Assembly (NCBI GenBank): GCA_937899265.1
Contig: CALBPV010000036.1
Span: 2,184-66,183 of the forward strand
DNA from: an uncultured Bacteroidales bacterium
GTDB lineage: Bacteria > Bacteroidota > Bacteroidia > Bacteroidales > UBA3663
Direction: 5' to 3'
DNA length: 64,000 nt
A model generated the notes under the pieces. It saw only the letters and a list, made by a program, of their open reading frames with translations. It was not told the origin of the DNA and ran no database searches. This document shows, piece by piece, positions 18,089 to 25,519 of the stretch. A program made the translations under genes and the position numbers. The stretch's first letter is position 1. The number at the start of each line of letters is the position of its first letter.

Positions 18089-19183
18089 ATGAAGAAAACA
18101 ATCCGCTTTTCGTCACTGGCCCTTGTGGCCTGCATTCTGCTGGCCGGCTGTGAAGGGGACGATTTCAAGTACCCCGAAGAACCCGTCAACTATGCTGTTG
18201 TCCCCTATGGCTATGTCCTCAATCAGGGCAGCTGGGGTTCCAACAATGCCTCCCTTTCTGCCATCTACCTTCGTGGCGGACAGTATATGGTGAGTCCCGA
18301 CTTCTATCTCAAAAACAACGGACAGAACCTCGGCGACCAAGCTCAGGACATCCTCATGAGCGAGGGCGGGCGCGTGTTTGTGAGTGTCACCAATTCCAAG
18401 TACATCGCCAAGCTCGACCGCAACGGTGTGGAACTGGCCCGCTACAGCGACTTCACCAACGGCCCCCGTTCATTTGTTGAGGCCGACGGCGACCTTTTCC
18501 TTTCGACCTACGACGGCAAAGTGCTGCGCTTCGACACCGCTACCCTCACACCCAAAGCCACCTACGAGTTGGGAGCCTGGCTCGAGGACATCGCTGTGGC
18601 TGAAGGCAACGTTGTGGTCTCCAACTCCGACTACACCGGCATGGGGCTGGGCCACTCGCTGGGCATCATCAACGTGGCTTCCGGACGTGTCACCGAAGTG
18701 GAGTGTGCTCCCAATCCCACCCGTCTGGTGGCTTGGAACGGCGATTTCTTCTTCACCACCACCGAGTATGATGCCTCTTGGAATGCCGTCACCAAGGTGT
18801 GGTGTCTGTCCGATGCCGGTGCGGCCAACACCATCGACTCCGTCACCTTGGCCACCAATCTCTATCCCACCGACAACTGCCTCCTCATGATGAAGCAGAC
18901 GGTCAACTATTACGTCACGCCCTACGCCTACTCCAACAATTTTCTTTCCTACAGCAACGGAACAGTGAGTGCCGTCGAGCCATTCAAGACGGACCTCTCC
19001 TCGGCTCCTGTCTATATGGTTCAGCAGCACGGAGACAACCTCTATGTGGGCATCTCCAACTATGCGGCATCGGGTTCGGTGCTCAACTCGTCGCTTCTCA
19101 TTTTCGACCTTGAGGGCAATCTCGTCCAGCGTATTTCCGATGCCGGCGGTGTCTTCCTCTCCAAGATTGTCTTTGCCGAATGA
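18089..19183 (+). CDS. Surface lipoprotein, beta-propeller-like repeats (YncE/DUF5074-like; possible BtuG-type corrinoid binder)
   Basis: Lipobox MKKTIRFSSLALVACILLAGCEGDD. Has a NQGSWGSNNASLSAI motif and repeated blade-like segments (VFVSVTNSKYIAKLD, LFLSTYDGKVLRFD, VVVSNSD, FFFTTTEYD, LYVGISNY). Lies between btuB and btuF. Confidence 0.65.
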   Translation: MKKTIRFSSLALVACILLAGCEGDDFKYPEEPVNYAVVPYGYVLNQGSWGSNNASLSAIYLRGGQYMVSPDFYLKNNGQNLGDQAQDILMSEGGRVFVSVTNSKYIAKLDRNGVELARYSDFTNGPRSFVEADGDLFLSTYDGKVLRFDTATLTPKATYELGAWLEDIAVAEGNVVVSNSDYTGMGLGHSLGIINVASGRVTEVECAPNPTRLVAWNGDFFFTTTEYDASWNAVTKVWCLSDAGAANTIDSVTLATNLYPTDNCLLMMKQTVNYYVTPYAYSNNFLSYSNGTVSAVEPFKTDLSSAPVYMVQQHGDNLYVGISNYAASGSVLNSSLLIFDLEGNLVQRISDAGGVFLSKIVFAE

Positions 19184-20319
19184 GACGGCTCCCTCTGTTC
19201 CTTCTGATGTTGCTTGCTGTGGCCTGTACCGGGCCGCAGCAGGAGACTCGGCTGGTGTCTGCCCGTGTGGAATATGCCACGTTGCTCCAAATGCAGGATA
19301 CCTGTCGCGGAACCCTGTGCCGCATCATCAATCCATGGGACACCACCCGAGTGCTGATTCAATATTTCCTGCTGCCCGAAACGGACACGTTGTTCTCCGA
19401 GGCGGAGGCGGAAAGTCTGGAGCATCACTACGGAAAGTTTACCCTCGTCCGTACACCGCTCTCACGCAATACCGTTTGTGCGTCATGCCACTGCTACCTC
19501 CTCCGCGAACTTGGTGCCCTTGACTGCATGGCTGTTGTCTGCGATGCCGACTATACCCAGCTCCCAGATGTTCGCAAACGTCTCGCCGACGGCTCTCTCC
19601 TCGATGCCGGCACGGCCATTGCGCCCAACATCGAGGTGCTCCTTTCTGCCCAAAGCGATGCCATTTGGATTTCTCCCTTCGAGAATGCCGGTCTCGGACA
19701 GCTCTCGTTGCTCCGCATCCCCGTCATCTTCTGTGCCGACTATATGGAGAACACTCCGCTGGCGCGGGCCGAATGGATGAAGTTCTACGGACGGCTTGTG
19801 GGCCGTGCTGCCGAAGCCGATTCTCTCTTTGCCGTTGTACGCAGCAACTATCTGCGCCTCGCTGTGGCTCCCTCCGACACCCTGTCGCGCCCCGTTCTGC
19901 TGGTGGATTTGCCCACTTCTGCCACGTGGTATGTGCCGGGCGGACGTTCCACCATGGGACATCTCTATCAGGATGCAGGCTTCCGCTATCCCTGGGCTTT
20001 CGACACCCATGCCGGCTCGTTGTCGCTTTCTCCCGAAGTGGTGCTTGACGACGGATGGGAAGCTGATGTTTGGCTTTTCAAGTATTACAATACCGGGCGC
20101 GACTGGACACTCTCCGACCTCCGGGCTCTCTCGCCCGCATTCGGTTCGTTGCGGGTGGTTCGCGAGGGGAACTTGTGGGGATGCAACACCGCAACGTCTC
20201 CCTATTTCGACGAGACGCCTTTCCGTCCCGACCTTCTGCTTGGCTCGCTGCGTCGAATCGCCCTTCCCGCCGACACGTTGGCTCCCGATTCCCTGCCTGT
20301 CTATTTCCGTCCGTTATGA
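19180..20319 (+). CDS. ABC transporter periplasmic substrate-binding protein, BtuF/TroA-like
   Basis: Lipoprotein signal MRRLPLFLLMLLAVAC. An ATGA start/stop overlap links it to the previous gene and also to the next gene. Layout is class III binding-protein-like (...DAGTAIAPNIEVLLSAQSDAIWISPFE...). Confidence 0.75.
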   Translation: MRRLPLFLLMLLAVACTGPQQETRLVSARVEYATLLQMQDTCRGTLCRIINPWDTTRVLIQYFLLPETDTLFSEAEAESLEHHYGKFTLVRTPLSRNTVCASCHCYLLRELGALDCMAVVCDADYTQLPDVRKRLADGSLLDAGTAIAPNIEVLLSAQSDAIWISPFENAGLGQLSLLRIPVIFCADYMENTPLARAEWMKFYGRLVGRAAEADSLFAVVRSNYLRLAVAPSDTLSRPVLLVDLPTSATWYVPGGRSTMGHLYQDAGFRYPWAFDTHAGSLSLSPEVVLDDGWEADVWLFKYYNTGRDWTLSDLRALSPAFGSLRVVREGNLWGCNTATSPYFDETPFRPDLLLGSLRRIALPADTLAPDSLPVYFRPL

Positions 20320-21281
20320 AACGTTTTCTCTTCCTTTCTGTGGTGCTTTTGGCCCTCGGAGTGGCCAATATCCTCTGCGGCTCGGTCTCCCTCGGGGCTG
20401 ATGAAGTATGGGCTGCCCTCACGGGCGGCGAGGGTGTGAGCGCCCCTCATCGGTTCTTTGTGCTCCACGTCCGTGTGCCTGCGGCCATCACCGCAGCCCT
20501 TACGGGGGCGGCTCTCAGTGTATGCGGTCTGACACTCCAAAGCTATTTCCGCAATCCGCTGGCGGGTCCTTCCGTGCTGGGCATCACCTCCGGAGCCAAT
20601 CTCGCCGTTGCCATCGTCATGCTCATGGGTGTCATGTCGCCGGCAGCCCTTACAGGTTCTGCCCTTGTGGGTGCTATGGCTGTACTCCTCCTGCTTTTGG
20701 CTCTCACCCGGTGGATACGACAGGATCTCACGTTGCTCATCATCGGTGTCCTGCTTTCCTATCTCGTTTCGGCCATTATCACTCTGCTCAATTATTATGC
20801 CACCGCCGACGGCGTGCAGAGCTATATGATTTGGGGGATGGGCAATTTCGGCGGCGTGGGTTCTGAACATCTGGCTTTTTACAGTCTCACCGTTCTCACA
20901 GGCCTTCTCCTCACCGTCTTCCTCATCAAACCGCTCAACGGATGGTTGCTGGGCACCGACTATGCCCTCAGTCTCGGCATCTCCCCCTCGATTACACGTC
21001 TCCTCGTCCTTCTCTCCACCGGCATTCTCGCGGCTGTCACTACCGCCTATTGCGGCCCCATTTCGTTCGTAGGACTCAGCGTTCCCCATTTGGCCCGTCT
21101 GGCCTTCCATAGCGATGACCATCGCCGCCTCTTGCCTGCCACAGCGCTCCTGGGAGCCATTCTCACCTCTCTGTGTCTCCTTCTCAGCACCCTTCCTGCA
21201 GAGGGACGCCTCCTTCCCATCAACGCCCTCACCCCCATTTTCGGCTTCCCCGTCGTCCTCTATATCCTGCTCCGCAAATAA
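20316..21281 (+). CDS. FecCD-family ABC permease (BtuC-like)
   Basis: Start at MKRFLFLSVVLLALGVANILCGSV (ATG 20316). About 9-10 hydrophobic spans. FecCD signature region GVLLSYLVSAIITLL...WGMGNFGG. Confidence 0.9.
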   Translation: MKRFLFLSVVLLALGVANILCGSVSLGADEVWAALTGGEGVSAPHRFFVLHVRVPAAITAALTGAALSVCGLTLQSYFRNPLAGPSVLGITSGANLAVAIVMLMGVMSPAALTGSALVGAMAVLLLLLALTRWIRQDLTLLIIGVLLSYLVSAIITLLNYYATADGVQSYMIWGMGNFGGVGSEHLAFYSLTVLTGLLLTVFLIKPLNGWLLGTDYALSLGISPSITRLLVLLSTGILAAVTTAYCGPISFVGLSVPHLARLAFHSDDHRRLLPATALLGAILTSLCLLLSTLPAEGRLLPINALTPIFGFPVVLYILLRK

Positions 21282-21591
21282 TCTTGAAACTTGAAACTTG
21301 CATCAGTGCCGAGGAACAGACCAGCGACCCGTCTGGGTCGTAGGGCTGAACATCAGCGAGAACCGCCACACCATCGACCGGTGGAAGGTCGTGCAGGTGA
21401 AGCGCCCCCGCTTCTTGATGCTTAAAGTTTCCCACACTTCCCAATGTGTGCAGAATATAAAGTCCAGTCAGCAAGAAGGGGGCTGTCGGCACAAGTTCCT
21501 AATCCGAGGAAAACAGTGAGCGCATTGAGTGCAAAATGAGAGCAAATATTTTTTCTCCCAACACGTCACATGGGCACGAAATCTGGGCTCC

Positions 21592-22014
21592 CCGGCAAAA
21601 TCCTGTGTTCGAAAACAGTTTGATTTAGGGGGCGTTACCGTCCGTTTGGGTCCATCGATAATCGATGGCGGCTTAAAAAACTTTTTGCGAGTCCATCGTC
21701 CGACGATAGAGGCTCGGAAAACTTTTTGCGGATCCATCGATAATCGATGGCGGCTCAAAAAACTTTTTGCAGGTCCATCGTCCGACGATAGAGGCTCGGA
21801 AAACTTTTTGCGGGTCTATCGATATCCGATGGCGGCTTAAAAAACTTTTCGCGGGTCTATCGATATCCGATGGCGGCTCAAAAAACTTTTTGCAGGTCCA
21901 TCGGAGTCCGATAGGGTCGTCAACGCCCCTTTTGGGTTCATCCGATTCGGTTGGATTCAAAACGGGTCGTTGATGCCCCCAATCAAACTATTTTCGAACA
22001 CAGGGTTTTGCCGG
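21592..22014. repeat. 423-bp non-coding element bounded by imperfect terminal inverted repeats of about 40 bp (MITE-like)
   Basis: Left arm, 21592-21632: ccggcaaaatcctgtgttcgaaaacagtttgatttaggggg. Reverse complement of the right arm, 21976-22014: ccggcaaaaccctgtgttcgaaaatagtttgattggggg. They differ by 2 mismatches and a 2-nt indel. Confidence 0.6.
21651..21915. repeat. Tandem array of six exact-period 41-bp units plus a partial seventh, each with an internal palindrome
   Basis: Units start at 21651, 21692, 21733, 21774, 21815, 21856 and 21897. Type A reads tccatcgataatcgatggcggctYaaaaaactttttgc; type B reads tccatcgtccgacgatagaggctcggaaaactttttgc. The order is A B A B A' A'. Confidence 0.9.
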
Positions 22015-22182
22015 TGAGCGATTGTTACGCGAAGTTCGGGAATCGTGACTCGTGACTCGTGAAATTATCCTGGACAAGCACTCCACCGGCGTCGGGGCGG
22101 GTCTATATGGTCATGAGAAACAGGACGCACAGCTCTATTTCCGCGACAGGAGCTTGACCTCTTCAGAGCGCTGCAATGTGGG

Positions 22183-22485
22183 TTATAGTCTGCCCTCTTT
22201 CAGGACTTTATATCTCCGCTGAAGGGCCACCAAGACACTTCTTTCGGCCATGGGATTGAGCCCTCTGAATGTCGTGTGCTGTTTGAGTTCATCCAACGAC
22301 ATCTCCATGAGAAGTTTTGCAATGCACTCATCGGCGAAGGAGTTGGATACAACATTGACACCTGTAAAGTCAAGAACGACTTTCTCACCTCCATGGATTA
22401 ACAGCAGCAGTTTTTCGCGAAGTTTCCGCCCCATCTCCCGTGTGCCGAAATCTGTTCCATATTCTATAAACCTGAATTCTACCAT
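22183..22485 (-). CDS. STAS-like domain protein (DUF4325-type)
   Basis: 100 aa: MVEFRFIEYGTDFGTREMGRKLREKLLLLIHGGEKVVLDFTGVNVVSNSFADECIAKLL... The VVLDFxGV..xSxSF pattern is as in SpoIIAA/RsbV-like STAS folds. Its ATG overlaps the stop of the upstream GHKL gene by 7 nt. Confidence 0.65.
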   Translation of the reverse strand: MVEFRFIEYGTDFGTREMGRKLREKLLLLIHGGEKVVLDFTGVNVVSNSFADECIAKLLMEMSLDELKQHTTFRGLNPMAERSVLVALQRRYKVLKEGRL

Positions 22486-23129
22486 AATGATTCCAATTCT
22501 TCTGTTTCTACAAATGTTTCATTATATTCACATACGGCATCGGTCCGATGATCAACCACTTGATTGGCATCTATTTCCTTGCCCGTACTGATTTCCATAT
22601 AGATGAGAGTTCCTTGCCAAAAACCGTTTTCCCAAACGTCAGTCTTGCCATCCTTGATGATTAATTTGTGACTACCTGAATGCAGAATAAAACGTTTGCC
22701 TATATCATTGACAAGCCTTGCTGTAGTATATAACCCGAAGCCCATACCCTTTCCGTCGGTTATGGCATCTTGCAGACATAGACGAAGGGCATCTGCTTCA
22801 GTTATGTCCCTGTATTGGACGTTTTCGCTCAGTGACTTTCGGATACCCTTCCCGTCGTCTGCTATCAGTATTCGCAGTGTGGACTCCTCCCTGTCGTAAC
22901 AGGTAATTGCCGTCCCCAAAGGCTTGCCCGAATGAATGTGCACATTGTCCATTATCTCATAGAGGCAATAACTGAGTGCTTGCAACACGCTGACTTCTAT
23001 CTCAAAATGAGAGGTCATCGCATTGACAACGTTTTTATATACTGTATTCAATGTCTGGGCATCAAACACATCTATCGAAGGATTGGCAGCTCCTTTGAAA
23101 TATCTGTCTAAGAGGAATGCTATATCCAT
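22479..23129 (-). CDS. GHKL-superfamily ATPase, RsbW/SpoIIAB-like (histidine-kinase-like ATPase domain only)
   Basis: N-box EIMDNVHIHS, G1 LRILIADDGKGI and G2 DGKGMGFGLYTTARL. Start moved from TTG (23171) to ATG MDIAFLL (complement 23127-29), because a -7 box overlaps the TTG. Confidence 0.7.
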   Translation of the reverse strand: MDIAFLLDRYFKGAANPSIDVFDAQTLNTVYKNVVNAMTSHFEIEVSVLQALSYCLYEIMDNVHIHSGKPLGTAITCYDREESTLRILIADDGKGIRKSLSENVQYRDITEADALRLCLQDAITDGKGMGFGLYTTARLVNDIGKRFILHSGSHKLIIKDGKTDVWENGFWQGTLIYMEISTGKEIDANQVVDHRTDAVCEYNETFVETEELESLW

Positions 23130-23168
23130 TAGGCCTTGTTTAATACATTTAAAGAGAATATTCGGCTG

Positions 23169-23176
23169 CAAAGTTA
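23169..23176 (-). promoter_or_regulatory. -7 box (TAACTTTG on minus strand) for the GHKL/STAS pair
   Basis: The plus strand reads caaagtta, about 40 nt upstream of ATG 23129. Confidence 0.45.
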
Positions 23177-23290
23177 CATTTTTTTTTGAAAATACAAAGC
23201 TTCCAAACCGTTAAAAGTAAAAAACTACGGTAAAAGCCCCACCGGTTCAGCACGAAACGTCATCTTTGTCCGCCAAATTTGGAACTAGAA

Positions 23291-24571
23291 TCAGTTTTGG
23301 AGCAACCACTCGAGAGCAGAGCGGATGTGAATGATATGACCGGAGAGAAGCGTCTCGCGAGTCTCCGAGAGTGTTATCAGTGTGAGATTGTCGCATCGGA
23401 GTATGTTGGAGGCTTGTACCAACGCATTTGTTTCCCGGGAGAGAGTTTTGGGCGAGTCGATATCGTATGCCACTTGTACCAACTCTATCGTACGCCCCTG
23501 TTCGCATACGACAAAATCAACCTCCTTGCTACGGCTGGAGGGTTTGTAATAGTAGATGTCGTAGTACAACGGAGCTGCCCTGCGAAGCAATTCGATATAT
23601 ACAATATTCTCCAACCGCCAACCGGCATTCTGTCCGACCAGACTGTCTGTCCTATTGGCTATCAGACCTGTGTCGATGACGTATGCTTTGGAATCTCGCA
23701 AGCGCTCCCGGCTTTTGAATGAGAACTTATGAATTTGCAGAATAAGAAAAGCTTGCATCAGGTAGTTCACATATTTTTTGGTAGTCACCGGGCTTCCGAT
23801 ACCGAACAGTCGGGTCAATTCATCGTAGTTTATTTCCTGACAGTTGTTGTTGATTAGGTGATTGGCAATCAATTGGAGAGCCTCCACATTTCGCAGGTGA
23901 AAGCGTTGACGGATATCTTTGTGGATAATGGTGCCTATCAGCCCTTGCACGTATGCCCTCTTGTTGCGGATGTGCATAAGTTCCGGGAAGCCGCCGTTAA
24001 CCAGGTATTCTGCCCAAGCTGCCTTTACCGCTGCCTTGGCTTTGGTGGTCAGCCCGCGAGTGTCAGTCTTCAGATATGAGCAGTATTCGGCAAAGGAAAA
24101 GGGGAAAAGGCGGATTTCATTGTACCGTCCGGTCAGATGTGAGGAGAACTCGCTACTGAGTAATTTGGCATTTGATCCTGTCACGAAAACATGGAATCCC
24201 GTTCGAAGCAGGCGATTGACAAAAAGATGCCATCCTTCGACGTTCTGTATCTCGTCCAAAAGGATATAGTTGATGTCCTGCCCATACAACTGGTAGATGC
24301 AACTGAGCAGTGTATTGAGATCAGGGGTTTTAAGGTCGAAAAAACGGTCGTCGTCGAGGTTGGCGTAAGCGTACCTGATCTGATGTTGGAGTAGCACTTT
24401 GTGGCAAAGTGTGGACTTGCCAGAGCGGCGCACACCTATAACGACTTGCGCCAAGGGGCTGTCGAACTCGAATAGCTCCTCTTCCATTCGGCGAGTCCAA
24501 CTCGAAAATTTCATTCCGGCTACCTCGTCCTTCTGCTCGGCAAGCACTTCGAGGATGATGTTTTCTGTCAT
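23291..24571 (-). CDS. AAA+ ATPase with C-terminal DUF4143 (COG1373 type)
   Basis: 426 aa with Walker A GVRRSGKST and Walker B YILLDEIQ. The C-terminal end has a restriction-endonuclease-like EVDFVV...ELVQVAYDI segment. Confidence 0.8.
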   Translation of the reverse strand: MTENIILEVLAEQKDEVAGMKFSSWTRRMEEELFEFDSPLAQVVIGVRRSGKSTLCHKVLLQHQIRYAYANLDDDRFFDLKTPDLNTLLSCIYQLYGQDINYILLDEIQNVEGWHLFVNRLLRTGFHVFVTGSNAKLLSSEFSSHLTGRYNEIRLFPFSFAEYCSYLKTDTRGLTTKAKAAVKAAWAEYLVNGGFPELMHIRNKRAYVQGLIGTIIHKDIRQRFHLRNVEALQLIANHLINNNCQEINYDELTRLFGIGSPVTTKKYVNYLMQAFLILQIHKFSFKSRERLRDSKAYVIDTGLIANRTDSLVGQNAGWRLENIVYIELLRRAAPLYYDIYYYKPSSRSKEVDFVVCEQGRTIELVQVAYDIDSPKTLSRETNALVQASNILRCDNLTLITLSETRETLLSGHIIHIRSALEWLLQN

Positions 24572-24602
24572 ATCTTCAATATTTTTGAATCTTTTGTGGG
24601 GA

Positions 24603-24610
24603 CAAAGATA
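24603..24610 (-). promoter_or_regulatory. -7 box (TATCTTTG on minus strand) for the DUF4143 ATPase
   Basis: The plus strand reads caaagata, 32 nt upstream of ATG 24571. Confidence 0.5.
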
Positions 24611-24638
24611 CGTTTTTTTTCCAAATGAGCAAAAAAAA

Positions 24639-24745
24639 GTGTAGTAAAATGCAGATTTTCGGGTCCAAAAGTGTAGTAAAATGCAGATTTTCGGGTTCTA
24701 AAGTGTAGTAAAATGCAGATTTTCCGACTAAAAAGTGTAGTAACC
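24639..24745. repeat. Three exact-period 32-bp direct repeats plus a partial fourth
   Basis: gtgtagtaaaatgcagattttcgggtccaaaa (24639), gtgtagtaaaatgcagattttcgggttctaaa (24671), gtgtagtaaaatgcagattttccgactaaaaa (24703) and gtgtagtaacc... (24735). The array sits immediately upstream of the ATPase promoter. Confidence 0.9.
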
Positions 24746-24856
24746 TGCCGGTTAAATCTCCGACATTGGATGGATTAAGTATACGGGCGGCCAGCGTAAT
24801 CCCAAGCCGCCGTTTCGACAAGTCTCATCACAAACCCGAAATTCCTTTTGCCTCAA

Positions 24857-25519
24857 TCAGTCTCTGTTCATCACGCTTTCCGCCAACAAATACACTCGCG
24901 TACCGAGTGTTTGCGGCCAACGGTCAGAAGGATTCTTGTCCAACGTCCTTGCCCGTTTTATCGCGTCTTCCACATGAGTTATCAAAGCCTGTGCATCGTA
25001 GGATGACTCATGATAAGCCCCCATCTTCCGGCGTAACCGCACCTTCAAATATGGGTCGGCATTTTTAGATTTTCGGCGATTCTCCATCCATAGAATCTGT
25101 TCCTCGGGTGTCACTGATGCTGAATCTTCTATATGCAATAATAGCCAAAGTTCGAAACAAGGATTGCTTAATGCCATGTGCATAGCGACTTCCTGTGAAC
25201 ATTCCGTGGCAACACGAGAAAGCATGGCCTCAGTCCAGCGGTCTTTATCTACTACTAACCAGAGTTCGTCGTCTGCCTCTAACTCATATTGGCTTTTGTA
25301 GTCATTGAGCTGTTTCAACACATGTTCAGGACTGGAGTTGTTTTGTTCATCTGCACTACGTTCCAGAATATGTACGTGCACACGGGGATTGGTATATTCT
25401 TTGGCTAATGCCTTGAAATATATCCGCTCCGTGTCTTTGCCCTCGGAGGCTATGACTATGAGGCGAGCGTCACGAAATGCCTCGCGACGTTCACGCATCA
25501 AACTATTCCTGCTTCGCAT
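24857..25519 (-). CDS. RloB-like protein (AbiLii-like)
   Basis: Motifs IVIASEGKDTERIYF, LWLVVDKDRW and ALSNPCFELWLLLH match the RloB family signature. Overlaps the upstream ATPase gene by 17 nt. Confidence 0.85.
   Translation of the reverse strand: MRSRNSLMRERREAFRDARLIVIASEGKDTERIYFKALAKEYTNPRVHVHILERSADEQNNSSPEHVLKQLNDYKSQYELEADDELWLVVDKDRWTEAMLSRVATECSQEVAMHMALSNPCFELWLLLHIEDSASVTPEEQILWMENRRKSKNADPYLKVRLRRKMGAYHESSYDAQALITHVEDAIKRARTLDKNPSDRWPQTLGTRVYLLAESVMNRD

Noticed and set aside
21282-21520. Remnant of the missing btuD ATPase right after btuC (for example TTG-AAA-CTT-GAA-ACT... giving LKLETCIS, and GLNISENRH...)
   Set aside because: There is no Walker A or other ABC motif in any frame. 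The resemblance to an ABC N-terminus is a few residues only, and the ORFs at 21298-21519 (+) and 21229-21492 (-) look like chance open frames.
21651-21915. Possible CRISPR array (regular short repeats with palindromes)
   Set aside because: The whole 41-bp unit repeats, so there are no unique spacers. The units alternate between two near-identical variants, and there are no cas genes in the window.
21468-21973. Four overlapping ORFs of 68-103 aa on both strands across the 41-bp repeat element
   Set aside because: They are open only because the repeat lacks stop codons. A 41-nt period shifts the frame each unit, so the peptides are frame-rotated copies of the repeat with no start context or promoter.
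23130-23171. TTG start of the GHKL ORF, and likewise TTG 26891 for the AAA_21 ATPase
   Set aside because: In both cases a TAnnTTTG -7 box overlaps or lies downstream of the TTG, so transcription would start after it. In-frame ATG codons follow at 23129 and 26846.
24786-24811. Hairpin ggcggc-(14 nt)-gccgcc after the RloB stop as terminator of the ATPase/RloB operon
   Set aside because: The stem is only 6 bp and no T-tract follows on the minus strand. This is too weak to call.
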